Source: Sphagnum compactum (Eukaryota). Taken from it: DNA of 64,000 nucleotides. Of the stretch, positions 33,801 to 47,255 are shown one piece after another. Under the pieces are notes generated by a model. It was given only the letters and a program-made list of their open reading frames with translations, did not search any database and was not told the DNA's origin. The position numbers and the translations under genes are program-made. Location of the stretch: contig OZ234493.1 in the NCBI GenBank assembly GCA_965153455.1, positions 24,418,213 through 24,482,212 of the forward strand, in the 5' to 3' direction. How positions within the stretch are numbered: the first letter of the stretch is position 1; every line of letters begins with the position of its first letter.

Positions 33801-36800
33801 GGGGTGCTGCTGTCATCAGTAAATGCTTCACCTTGTTCATCACCAGTCAAGATGGGAGGATCTTCGACAGCCAATAGCAACAAGATAGCCCCGCCTACTC
33901 CAGTTAGTATCACTATGACCACTGCTAAGTGGCTCCGTGATGTCATAACCCCACTCCCAGCAGAGCCTTCCCTGGAGCTGCAGCTTTTCTTTCGGACATG
34001 TGACAGGGACATCTCCTGTGATGTGAGGAACAGAGCACAGGTTTTGCTGGAATCAATCTTTCCCAGCAATGGTGTGGGGAACTGGCGAGGGGTGCAGGGA
34101 AGTTGCCTAGAGGACACGATCTGGGTGGAGCAACGTAGACTTGAAGCCTTGAAGCTGTACTACAGAGTCATAGGGGCCATGTGCCGGTCTGAGGCACAAA
34201 GACTGCAAAACAGCAACCTTACTTCTCTCCTTTCCAATGAGCGGTTCCACCGCTGCATGATTGCCTGCTCAGCTGAGCTTGTCCTTGCCACACACAAGAC
34301 AGTAACCATGACTTTCCCAGCAGTTTTAGAGCCAGCAGGAATAACAGCCTTTGACTTAAGTAAAGTAATTGAGTACTTTGTGCGGCATGAGGATACTCTG
34401 CCACGGGAGTTGAAGAGGCACCTCAACTCAATAGAAGAGAGACTTCTAGAGAGCATGGCTTGGGAGAAGGGATCATCAATGTATACATCCCTCATTTTTG
34501 CAAAGCCAAACCTTGCAGCAGAAATTAACCGCTTATGTCTGATGGCTGATCCAATGCCATCACTGGACAATCTTGGCTCAGAAGAGGGTCCAACACCAGC
34601 AACTACACAATGCTTGGCTGGAGGTATGCTCAGTTCCTGAGAGTATTATTTATCAAAAGTCCTGCTACTCATAGTTTTCCATGGCCAGAGGAGGTCTTTA
34701 ACTACTGCCCTGTATCAAAGATAATCATGCTGGAGTCCATTCTCAACACTTGACGAGTTGAAGTAGCACAGATGGATTTGTCAGATTAGTTAATGTGATC
34801 CATTGGTTCATGAATAGAGATTCAAGCACATCCTCTTGCCTTTCATTTGTGCATTGTGTGGAGCAGCTTGAGTCTGTGAGGATACAAGACAAGAACATGA
34901 ATCTGGCCTGCAGTTTTTTGTTCACTAGTGAAAAAAAGAGAAACTCTACTTTTTGCAGGGGAAATGTCAGGAGCTTTGTTTTCAACACAGAAGGCAGTTT
35001 CAGCATCCCCTGCCCGAAATGGAGGAGCTGCAGGTTCATATGGAAGTGCTGAGCAAGTGGGACCTGCATGTTTTAATTCACCAGTGAAAGAACGGCTGTC
35101 AGCATTCTCTACCTTCGTCTCTCCTTTGAGAAACCGCTTGAGAGCTCCACTGCAATCAGCCTTTGCCAGGTGTGCACATTTATGTGAGGTTGAACTGCAC
35201 AAATAAGCTGATTTTTTTTTTTTTTTTAATGTCACTTTTTCATTATTGTTACCCTTGAAACTTCAAGCAACATGAGAATGTTTCTTTGTTTGCACTGTTT
35301 AGCCCACAGAGACCAAGCCCACTCGGTGGCGGGGAGACTTGTGCAGAGACAGTCATCAATGTTTTCTTTCAGAAGGTGACATTGAGCTCAGAAATTTCTT
35401 GGGTTCTCTTTGTTTTGCATGTTCATACATACACCCCTGTGTATGGATCAAGCCTTATCTCTGCTTTCTAATTGGGAAGGGATTTCACTGAATTATGTGG
35501 CTTCTGCAATGAATTTTGTGCAATGGTCCTTGCCATTGCTCTAAACCTCCTTCAAGCTTGCAATAAGTCTGATCTCTTCTTTCTTCTCTTTTTTCTTTCC
35601 AGGGGTTAACAAGGAAATTTTATCTTGTGGTTACTGTACACAAAGTATTAAACTACCTGCATCTATCAGGCTATGTCTATCATCATCTTCCAATCTGTCA
35701 TCGGATTGGCCTCAAGTGGTGATGAGTTAATGTGCAGGTACTTATTCTTGCAGCTGTAAGAATACGAAATTTATGTGAACACCTTGGGCAGTCACAGCAG
35801 TTAGTTGAGCATGTGTACCGAGTGTTCCAGCACACACTGCAACGTGAGACTAGTTTATTTTTCAATCGACACATTGATCAACTCATACTCTGCTCAATCT
35901 ATGGTGTCTGCAAGGTCAGCCCACCACCATGATTTTATCACATCCTTGTTGGGCACTTAATTCTTGTCTTCACTGTATCCCATTCTGAGCAGAAGGGAAA
36001 GTCTGAGTTCAATAGAGCTTCTTTGAGTTGTCCCACTGTTAGTCCTCTGAATAGAAGAAGCACATATACTCAACAAAGAGACATGCCCCAGCACAGTGTA
36101 ATTGCCAGCTTGTGACAAGTGTTGTTGGTTTACTGGCACAGGTTAGCAAAGTAACAGTTACATTTCGTGACATTATACATCAGTACCGAATGCAGCCACA
36201 GTGCAAATTTCATGTATTTCGCAATGTCTTCATTGACTTACCTCCCTGGCGGAGAAATGGGGTATGTACTCTGCAGCCTTATGAAATGAAGTATATTTTG
36301 CAGTTAGAGGGTTAGTGTCAGGTGCAATCTGCTTCACTGTGTTTGCATAGACTTTCCTATTTGTTATTACATAGCAGTTTTAACCTTGTTCTGATTGCAG
36401 AAGGGAGGAGGACAGGAGACAGGTGATATCATCAAGTTCTACAATGAAATTTTTGTACATTCCACCAAAACATTTTTGCTGCACATAGGTTCTGCACCTG
36501 TTTCAAGCAACACCCATGGTTCAGATGAAGGAAATTGTCCCAACAGTAAGGGATCTTGGCCTTTCTGAAGGTTTTGATGGGGCTGTCCATGTGAAGCTGT
36601 AGATATGGTCTGGCTGTGTGTTTGTTATGCACATCTGGTAGGAAGATGTGTCCAGGCTTTTGGACCTGCATTCTTTCAAATGAATGTTTTAAATCTCAGC
36701 TGTTGATGACGTTGGACTCATCAGTGAAAACAGGCTAAATAAAGAGTGTTAGACAGCAGTTTCTTTTCTGGTTCTTCAGTAATTGTGCGTTTTGCAAGGT

Positions 36801-38215
36801 GTACCTGTTGCCAGTATAATGGAAGGGTTGAAGCCAGATCTATGAGGGAAAGATTGGACTTCTTGTGAGTTAGTTTTGCTGGTATACTTGTAGAGCAAAT
36901 AAATAGCAAAATTATCAGTGAACGGAAACATTTTTGAACCATGTTTTCAAACCTGCAGCCCAATGGTGCAGTCACTTGTTTCTTCCTGTTATTTTCTTCT
37001 CCTAATTTTAGGACAGTGCAATTGTATGATGCAGGTGAGTCACCTGCCTCTCCAAGATGCCCTGCTTTTCCAGTGCTTCCAGACATGTCTCCCAAAAAAG
37101 TGTCAGCCATGCACAATGTGTATGTATCACCACTTCGGGCTAGCAAGGTATGTCGTCCAGAAATACAACCCAACTTAAAAGGTAAATAATGTGCGCCTGT
37201 TCTGTTGGTCACCTTTGCTGTTTTCTATTATTGATTGATCTGTAATGAAGGGGAGCACCTGCTCTGTCCTTTTCTGTCCAAACTTTCCATGAGCATTGAC
37301 TTCTTAAAGAGGGCTCAACTAGTTGTAAGGTGTATCAAATTGCAGCCCTGGCATGTATATATTTGGTCTGATGTCTTGAGTGCTAGCCAACATTATATCT
37401 TCCCCTTGTTTGATACATTAGGAACTCAGTACAGAGATATTTATGCAATGGTTTGCCCAAAATTTTGGGCAGATTTCTGTGTACCCACCATTGGCAGCTG
37501 ATGAAGTTAGTGGATGGTCATGGCAGCTGATCCCTTCTATTCATGATGAAGGTGCTGGTCTGAAACTTTATGAGTGACACTCATGAGGTTATGACTGCAT
37601 TCATTCTCATTGTGTTAGTTTCTGTTTCACTGTACCTTACTGTGCAGTTGCATTCAAAGTGTTGTTGTGGAGTTCTCTCTGCAATCTCAGTAATGTGATT
37701 TTTTTGTATTGTGCTAATAATCAATCAGTCATGCTCTTTTCCCAAGACCAATTGAGTTCATGTCCTGCCTTTGTTTGCCAAGTGCATGCAACTCCAGGAT
37801 CTTGTTCCCTTACTAGGGCTAGCAGTGAGTCAATTTCCTGTGTTTGTATGGGCTACAGCAACAGAACTGATATCTGAAGATGATATTGCAGGCAGATTCT
37901 CTGGCGTCACCACACATGCACAGTCTATATGCATGTGTTGGAGAGAGTGCATATGCATATCAAAGCCCTTCAAAGGACTTGACAGCTATCAACAACCAAC
38001 TGAAGAAAAGGTCTGGTTCTGGAGCTAACCAAAGCATAAGTAGGTGTGGCCATGGGTCTTAGTATCTGATTAGCCTTATTCTTGCTTTGAACTTGTTCTA
38101 TGGTTCAACAGCTCCAGAAATACTATCTGATTCAAATGACAGTATGTGGGATGTTTGGGATGGCAGGCGCTTGGGGAGACTGAATTTCAGTGAGGCAGCC
38201 TTGGTAAGTGACTAA
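30481..38215 (+). CDS. RBR: Retinoblastoma-related protein, 18 exons
   Basis: Exons 30481-30630, 30921-31025, 31331-31485, 31684-31780, 31887-31933, 32094-32295, 32884-32950, 33072-33254, 33389-33576, 33750-34623, 34959-35169, 35303-35375, 35738-35914, 36142-36261, 36401-36545, 37035-37147, 37892-38010, 38167-38215. Pocket [41 protein letters not shown]. Pocket [34 protein letters not shown]-terminus: [29 protein letters not shown]. The exact start and final exon are less certain. Confidence 0.96.
30826..30878. repeat. (GA)n microsatellite in RBR intron 1
   Basis: Long gaga run; a shorter (CT)n lies at ~30778-30796. Confidence 0.95.
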
Positions 38216-40220
38216 ATGGTGGCAACTACCCTCCTTTCCATGCAACAACCTGTGTACAAAATGTGTTGACTCCTGTTTGCAGCATCCTGAAGTGTAGAAG
38301 TATATTCACTGGCACTGCCCTTGTGTGCTCTCCAGGTCTTGGAGAAATCTTGACTTTTGTCAATCTTCTGTAGATTGTAACTGTTAAAAAAACAGGTAGG
38401 TGTATACATAATCAGGCGGTTGTGACTAGCAGACACAGCTACAGGTGAAAAGAGCAGCAGATGGTTTGTTTTATTTGTTTACCTTAGGTGGCAACCATTG
38501 CCTGCCCACAATTTACTTCACAGTAGGGGAATCAACAGGAAGTAAATCACTCAGGTGTGGTCCTAAAGAGCCCCTGTTAACTGACCCTGCACTCTACACA
38601 ATATTAGCTTTGTGGAGGAGGTTACATTACATATGTTTATGTGTTCACATCAAAGTGTAGTTGGGGCGGGGGGGAGAAGGGGGTTAGTCTCTCTCCCCAT
38701 TCACAGGTTGGCTGCGTGAGTGCAGTTGAATGTGTTGTCACCCTTGTCTGGAGTTTGATTGTGAGCATTCATACGAAGGTCTGGTTCATCTACCCTTTTC
38801 TTTCGTCAACTGGGCAAATGCAAGTCTAGAGGTATGTTGAGTTCTTACCGACAAATGGTTGCACACTGAAAGAAAGAGGGCTTACTTTATCAGCGCAAGA
38901 TCAGGTCCACTGGCAGCAGTAAAATGGCCTGTACACTGGACTTTGGATGAAGTACATCCTTCAAATAGAAAGGGTTTGAATTAGTGTTGGGTAGGTACAA
39001 TGCTGAAACCCTGGTATAATAGACTGATAGGTGTCTTGGTATCGAAGAACAGACTAGATTGGTAAGACTTGAGGCAGTACCAGCATCGGACCAGGACACG
39101 AGGTAATACCAGCCTTGTAGTAGTATTTTGAGCATGCCCCCAACATTGCGAACTTCAGACTTTTTCCCTATACTTTTTCTTGTATAGTGATATGTTGCTG
39201 GGTCTCGACCTCTCAAGTCACTTATCACTAGGTTATATCTTTCAAGTTGGTTTAAATCAAGTATGGAGAAGTTCTCATTACTTATGAAGATCCACTTTTG
39301 TTGCGAGTGGAGCACTATTGGAGGTTAATCATTTGTTAATGAATTTTAATGTTTTTCTTCTTATCATGTATGTTAAAGAGTTATATAATTAGGCTTTCAT
39401 TCACATCATTTTTATTAGTTGATTAACCATCTTTAATCCCCCATTTAAAGAATGATATCACAATAAAGAATGATATTACAATTTTCACACTATCAAATGG
39501 ACTTTTTATAAATTTTTCATCTGTTGGAGTTGATTCACGGTATCTTGCAACGACCTTATTTTCCGACAAAGAAATTGATTTTTTTTTAAAGTGTAAATTC
39601 AACCAACGTTTATATTGTTTGTTAAATTTAACCAAAAACTTGAATAATTTTTTTAAAAAAAAACTGGTTGCTACCAATGTTGGGTGGGTATCAACTTTTG
39701 GGCATACTTATCAAAAAAATGTATCAAAAAGAAATCCAAATGTGAAACCTAGTAGGCCCAAGCCTAGAAGTGTTTTTAGCAAACTTAAAATTGACGAGCA
39801 TAGACATGTGTACATTATATCTTTGTAGAAGGGCATGAATAATGGGTATGGAAAAAGGTGATGCCCATTGGACATAAACATGGGCATGTGCATTAACAAG
39901 CGACCATAATTAACATGGTTTTGAAGGAAAAAAAAAAAAATCAATTTACAAATAAATTTTAGTGTGAAGTTGTCAACCACAATTTATAAAAATTGTTCTA
40001 ATAGAAAGTTACATCTATATTCTAAGTTTACTTCCAAAACTAAATGTTTATAACTACTAGAATTGCCTTGTACATAATTACATAATTATAGTTGAGGTGG
40101 TGAAAAACTCTAGCAAGTTGGAATTGCTAATGCAATGTGCCACATATAACTATTGCTTTCGGTTACAAACTTACAAATTTGATCCAAAGATGTGGTGGGT
40201 GTAAAGTGCATTCTCAGATA

Positions 40221-40843
40221 CAGTAAACTCTTTCTAAACTAATACTGTGTAAACTAATATTCTCTCTAAACTAATATGTGAGCACAGGCCCGTGGCGGGC
40301 CTCATACTTAATCTAATAATTCTCCATAAACTGATATTCAATATTTTTTTCCGGTCCCATAGCATTTTATAAACTAATACATCATACATATGGCACCAAA
40401 AAAACGATGAAATCAGAGGAAACACCTTCGAAAGTATAGAGCTAGATGCGCTGGAAGAAGCTATCTGCTCCTGCTTTTGGGGAAAGGGTTTGGACAAGAC
40501 TGACCAGCTGACTGCCCACAGCCCTTTTTATAGAGAGAAGGAGGGTATTCTGAGAGTACCCACAGTGCAGCTTTCCACAACCTCACTTTTTGCCAAGATT
40601 TCTACCATTCATGTCATATGATCTTCTACGTGCTTCTTTGATCCTCCACCAAGCTCCACAAGGTTCCGTTACCTTCCCCAATGATCCATGACCTTCTACT
40701 AACCTCCATGACCTTCCATGCTGCTCTGGCAGGTTCCGGAATGATTTTTGTTACCCCCCATATAATTTGTGTAAACTAATATCCTCCATAAACTAATATC
40801 TTTCGGCCGGTCCCAAGGATATTAGTTTAGAGAGAGTTTACTG
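40221..40843. mobile_element. Tc1/mariner (pogo-like) MITE
   Basis: TIR CAGTAAACTCT(T/C)TCTAAACTAATA at both ends; TA TSD at 40219-40220 and 40844-40845; several internal TAAACTAATA subterminal repeats; no ORF. Confidence 0.9.
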
Positions 40844-42199
40844 TACTCTCAAACCATGCACATGCAAGCAAAACCAGTCAATTAACAAACATACATATTG
40901 ATTCAAACTATTGATGATGCATTCATTCATTCAACACAATTGCATCAACTAGATTGTTCATTATTTTGTGACTTGACAAATAACTATGTGTCAAATAACA
41001 TGGTATAATTAATTTCACAAAGCACACACCAATTACATTTAGTTTCACCAAAGTAACATCCAAATTCCACCATGACATTGCACACCCCATACAAGTTGCA
41101 TTCGTCTTTAACCCTAAGTAGATGACACTTGGACCCCTTTCAAAAACATTGACACAATGTCATCTAAAAATTGACACAAAGATGCATAAATAAACACATA
41201 GGGGTAAAAACATATTATAGTGGATTTGTTTGGATGTCACAAAGGTAGAATTTTCTGGGTTTGACAACCCATATGCAAGTTGGAAATTCCAACAAAATGG
41301 ATTCAAATAAGTGAAATTAATTTCATTATCCTTCTTAGTTTCAAATAATTACACCAAAAAAATTAATTTTCAATGAAATATGGACTTTGCAATCTAGGTA
41401 ATTTGGGTCACTATCCACAACTTTTTTTGTTATTGAGTCATTACTTATAATGGAATTGAATATTTTTCCACAATTTTGGGACATGTTATAGTCTTAAAGG
41501 TTATGACACTTAAAAGTAAAAAGTTTGGAAAAATGAAGTATGTGATGGACTTTATAGTTTTTTATTATGTGTTAATAAAAGTAAATAAAATTCAAAGTCC
41601 ATCACATATCGAAAATAATGTTCTTCGTGTGTTCTTCATGACCAATAGTATTTAATAAAGGTGTTCAAAAAGGTTGAAAGTAGGGCACCATTAATTTGGA
41701 CATGGAAAAAGATGTCAACTTCAACATCGTTTCAAAGTTTGTGTTTTTGTCTAGTTTTTTACATTTAAAAATATGAAAAGCTTTCAAAATGGACTTTGTA
41801 GTGGCCATTTTGGGTAGATCCTAATGTGCTTTCACCCATAAACCCCTCACATACTTGTAACATTGGAAACACACATAGTTCAAGAAACATTGACATCACA
41901 TAGACCCTCAAACCTATTGTGGAGCTTAAAAAATTTCAAGGTGTTACACATTGTTCTTTTGTTCATCATTGAGACACTTTACACTAGGGTTTGGGTACCT
42001 ACAACCAACAAATCACAAAACACAATCAATATGCCCTCAGGGTTAATATACCATCAACCAACAAATTAAAGTAGCTCCAAACTCCAAACCATATCCATTT
42101 TTGCACTTCAAAATAACACATAATGTTGATCTTTTTAAAACAAATCAAAATCAACAATGAGATGGATTTTTTAGATCCGGAACCCTAAACTTGGATCTG

Positions 42200-44600
42200 A
42201 TACCATGTTGTTTGTAGTTTTGATGTATTCCTCAATTGATTCAAGCCCAATTGTGTACCCAAATTTGGGATCATTTGGCTATTCTTCATAACAAGAACCA
42301 ATTTGTCCAAATTGTTAATCCCAAGTCAGCAATGTTTTAAGCTTGTGATGACCCTTACCATATTGAAAATTCTTTCAGTTTTGATTTGTGAATCAACAAT
42401 GCCCATGAAATGTTGTGCAAGATGTGAGATGTTAGGAAATTATTGTTCATGTTCTACCCACCAAATTAAATTAAGGATTGAAAACATTTGCAAGTATTAC
42501 AATTTTCTTGAAAAGTGATAATTCAACTTTGAAGAATCTTAATGCAACCTTTTTAGTTGAAATTAGAGCTCCAAATACACCTAGCTCATACTACAAACTT
42601 AACAACTTCAACATTGACAAAAATTGGTGCTAAGTAATGGCATAAAAATTTTATGGTCATATTTTACAATAACATGTACGGCCAATTCAATCAGGCCCAC
42701 ATAATCTCAAATGAGATATAGATTTTTAAATTGTAGGTCAAGCATAAGAATTATCATGTTGTGACGGCATGAGGTCGAAATGCTGATGCAAAGGCCAAAA
42801 TTGGCTTTAACACACCAATAACTTCAACTTGCATGCAATGCCCAAGATTCATTAACTTATCATCAAAATCTTTAGCCTATAATCAACAAATAAAATCCAT
42901 TAATTAGAGCCTTAAATAAAAAACCAAATTTAATTGAAAAATACCCTTAAATAATAAATTAGAACCTTGTTGGCCCACATACTTACATTACATCATTTGC
43001 AACAAAATTGATGCTACACATCATAATACACATGGATACAATAACATGATTGCATTAGAAAATAACCAATACCCTCGGGATTGGTTCAAAACATGGGTTA
43101 CCATTGGAATCCAAACTTTTGATGCCACAACCCATGTCTAAATAGTAGGAATTTTACTTTGCAAAGAAATTACTTGCCTTGAATAACACAAATTTATGGC
43201 ATCTTTAAATTCCAGGGTTTCTCTAAATAAAACAACTTTGGATGCAAATCGAGTTTTGATAGTAGTCTTTATTTTTCAAGGTTGAAAAGATGCATTTTGC
43301 AAGTTTTAACCCATTCCACATTTCTTCATTTAAATAATAGTAGACTAAACATCCTTAATTGAAACCTCTCACATTCCACCACATACCTTGAGGTTATTAG
43401 TAGCATACTAATAACATTTTGATGTGGCATGCACATGATAATTGGCCCAACAAAAGGCTATGACAACTGCAATGGAACACAAGATACAATATTTATTAAG
43501 GCTATTGTGAGGGTGTTCAAATTGACACCTTCATCTTTGATGTATGCATCATCTTATTTAACAACTCATATTTTGCATAGCCATGGCAACCCTTGTTGTT
43601 TCATGAACATAAAAAATTCCAATAGTGATATGACATGTTTCCCATTTTTTGTTGATGTAATTTACAACCAACACAAAAATATCAAAACCTCTTTGGGACG
43701 TACACAAGTCAATAGTGGTAGTAATTGTGGTTGCTTCAATAAGGGTATGAAGCACGTACCATTCCATGGTTTTATTAATCATGTTTGGGTTAACCTAATC
43801 GGTGAGATGTTGTATACGAAAAAACACAATTGGGATTATGGCAATTGGGTAGACCAATTTGCCACAAAACCAAAGTCCCTATTTACTCAAAATTTTGGAA
43901 ATTACAATTAGTTTACACTTCTACATTAATTTCTTCCATATTTTTCCCATGTCATTAATGGCACATCTAAAGTTTTTATTTCTTTAAACATCTAAGCAAA
44001 AAAATCATAAAATATTTTTTCCTTTGATAAGATTTATGAAAAAATGTTCTTGATTAGCTCATTCAAAAGTCCATAAGTATACTTTTAAAATTCAACTCAT
44101 TATTTATTTTGTTCTTGCACTTATTTGATATGATATTTTACTAATTCCAAGTCCTTAACACACACCCCATCAATCAATGGACCATAGCATAATCCACATA
44201 GAAATGGCAGTTATTAGTAAAATATTCCAACATTGAAAAAATGAACAATCAAGCCTGTGGCTGGTTTCTTCCTTTTCTTAGCACTTTGATGAACATCAAA
44301 TGGTGTGGCAACATTAAAACATTGTGTTTTGTATAAATTTGAAGTTGTAGAATGTTTAGAATTATTTTTGATGACTCATGGTAGTTGGACCATTGACCTT
44401 GTTGTACAGAACCAAGCTTTTATAGCTTTGGGTAGAATTCTAATTTAGTTTTTCTTGCTACACACTATGGCACATAATGCATCTCATTCTTTGAGACTTA
44501 GAGACATTCACAACACATTAAGGTCATTGAATTTGGAAAATGCCCACATACTTGATGACCTTTGCCATGCGAGTTAGAACTTATGGTTGAGTTCCAATTA
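42200..44600 (-). mobile_element. Decayed hAT transposase (Ac-like, different from the ZNF862-like relics)
   Basis: TTTIDLCTSQRGFDIFVLVVNYINKKWETCHITIGIF (catalytic D-L-W-like region) at 43558-43782; FPNISHLAQHFMGIVDSQIKTERIFNMV (hAT dimerisation-domain-like ERxF) at ~42340-42440; many stops. Confidence 0.78.
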
Positions 44601-46451
44601 AAGAAGCAATTGCTCTTGTTGTGCTTGAGTTTCGATTGTCAGAATCCTTGGAATCATTCTCATTGAACTTTGTTTCAACAATTATAGTAGGACGCAATTC
44701 AAATCCAAAGCCACTCCCAACCTCATCTTCATCAATGCCAACACCAGAATTACCTAGATCTTTTGCCATTCCATTCATAAACACATTAGATTGGTTCACA
44801 ACCATATTGAAAACAATTAGATGCTGAAAACTCAAGGTGATATGGAAATGCACAAGTGAAATTTACCCTAACCACTAGCACCAAACACAAAACCAAAAAC
44901 CAAATCAAATTGAATCTTCTTGAACATAGGAGGTTTTCAAGCTTGAAATTGTGTCTTCTTGAAAACAACTATTTTCAGGTTTTTGACAAATACATAAAAA
45001 AAAGCACTTGCAATGAATGATGAACCACTAGTAGAACACCAAAGCATTTGAGCTCTTTGGTAGAACAACAAATAAGAAACTTGGGTCTTAGTTGCAGTGT
45101 CAAAGAACATCAACACAAAAGGCTCTACAACAAGAACGCTCATTGCCAAGGACATCAAGAAACAAATGTGTCACAACTTCAGCACTTCTTTTCATTGTAC
45201 CTTGACTTTGACACTTCTTTCCATTGCATCGTCGTTGTCTCCATCATGATGAAGCTTTTGCTTCATCAAACGAACGCACATCAATAGCTCTCAAACCTCA
45301 AAACGACTTCTATTTATTTAGTTATTTACTTCTAACTTCTAACCCTAAACATGTCAATGCCATGCACATGTTAGACTATGAGATGCCCATCCCATTGATG
45401 CATCTCATGGGTTTTGTGAAACAAGATACCCGGTCGCATGCCCTAGTTGATACCCGTCCATCACCTTGATACCCGCCCAACACGGGGTTGCAACACGGGA
45501 ACTTCTGTAGTCTCTCCCCTCCCTCCTCCCCTCCCTTGCAACTGCGAAAGGGAGGGGAGTGTGCGTGGGTGGCCCAGGCTTTTGGCCCGACAAGGCCCGC
45601 CAGCCCCCAAATATAGAGTAAAGCATGGCGCGACTTACAGATCACAATTTTCCTCTTTCTGAGAATGGATTCCTCGTGGGTGTTTCTCATGGATTCCTGA
45701 TCTGAGGTACCCACTTTGAAAGTAAGTAGACAAGTCTCTCACAAATGCGCAACGCCGTCTGCTAAGTACTTCCTCTTCAGCAGCAGCAGAGCAGACTCGC
45801 AGAGTAGCAGCAGCTTTCTCGAGGATGTTTCGGACTCGGCTGATCATCTCACAGGAGTGGATTCACATGAGATAATATGGAGTCGTCCCAGGGTTCAACA
45901 AGTACGGTGCGTTGCTCATCCATGCAAATACCCACCACCCATCACCCCATTTCTTCGTCCCTTATCCATTTGCAAAAGAAATCTCGTCAACTTTGCTGCA
46001 TATCTGAGTTTTTAGTTTTTTCTCTCCCCCCCCCTTTTTGGTTTTGTGTGTGCGAAGAATAATTGGAAATCTGTGATGATCCTGCTGCGTTTTCCTTGAG
46101 TACTACTTTCCTTGTTTCTTGAGAAATCATTTTCCAGATAGCAATGAATGATCATTGAAATTGGGGCACATTACAGGATATTTGATTGATCCACTCAAAC
46201 GCTCATGAATCGCTATGTTCTCTTGGAGCTGAATCTTAAGACTCCATCAATACAGTTTTTGAAAGGATTTTGCACCATCTGTGTGTATTCTTGACAATAA
46301 GTAGCCTTGAATTTCCTTTGATATGTTATGGGAAATTTCTTCTCTATATTTTGGTGGGTCCAGTTTGCAGAGTGGGTAGAGAGAAGAAGTCTTCCCATAA
46401 TGTGTCAGCCAGGACAGAGTTGTCATTGGAAATCATGGGAGTTGTAATTAG

Positions 46452-47255
46452 ACTCTATTGAAGCTTCCCCAACATGTTGATGATCGGATAATTGTAAACT
46501 ATGTGCAGGAATCTGGAGATCATGCAGGGCCTTCGAATATTGAGCTGGTGATCAGTGGTGACATGCTCAATGGTATTGATGAAGAGTGCCAAATAATATT
46601 TACTGCGGTGCCGCATCCTTTGGAGCAGGCAGATATGGACCAACCTGTGCATTGCCCTCCACCAGAACCATGCATAGTCCATGTACATAGAACATTTTCA
46701 CAGCTCTTAAAACCAGTGCTTGCTATTTAGGTTCTTTCATGTTTGGAAAGAAGTCTGTTGAACCTTCTTCTTAATTTTCTGTTGAAGAAGTTCTTGCAGT
46801 TTTACTGGGAAAAAAACTTGGAGGTGCTGTTGTTTGTTTCAGGAGGTACATGAATGATCGTGTTTTGAAGCTCATTAAGCCTTCATTCATAAACCATGAT
46901 CTGCATTCCAGGACCTCCTGATGCTTACAATGTCATTCAAAGCATTTTTTGTTGACTTGCCAGCTTGAATGATCTGTGCAGGATTAGCATCAGACTTCAT
47001 GCTACCATCGATCAGTGTTAGGTCTAGATTCATTGTGGTGATTTGATTTTGCAGGATGGAAAGGCATGGAAGGAAAGGCTAGTTGCTAGCATGAGGCGGA
47101 GAGGTGAAATTGCCAGAGCAATGCAGGAAACTGATCATATTGAGTATTACAGCAGCAGTACAAAACATAGTCGACGCCGAAGTCACTCCAATGAGAGCTC
47201 TCAATTTCCACCACTCACTGCCCCTGAGTTTGTAGTCTCCAAAATTGTAGATTGA
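46452..47255 (+). CDS. Partial gene for an uncharacterised plant protein (5' end unresolved, possibly damaged)
   Basis: An exon ending at 46682 (CAT|GT) joins in phase to 47055-47255 (AG|GAT), giving PHPLEQADMDQPVHCPPPEPCIVH-DGKAWKERLVASMRRRGE, which resembles a conserved plant PVxCPxPEP..DG..WKER motif (from memory). A GC-rich promoter-like region with GGCCC motifs lies at ~45570-45620. Confidence 0.6.

Noticed and set aside
38890-39315. 141-aa minus-strand ORF
   Set aside because: Non-ATG start and no recognisable domain; cannot be supported without a search.
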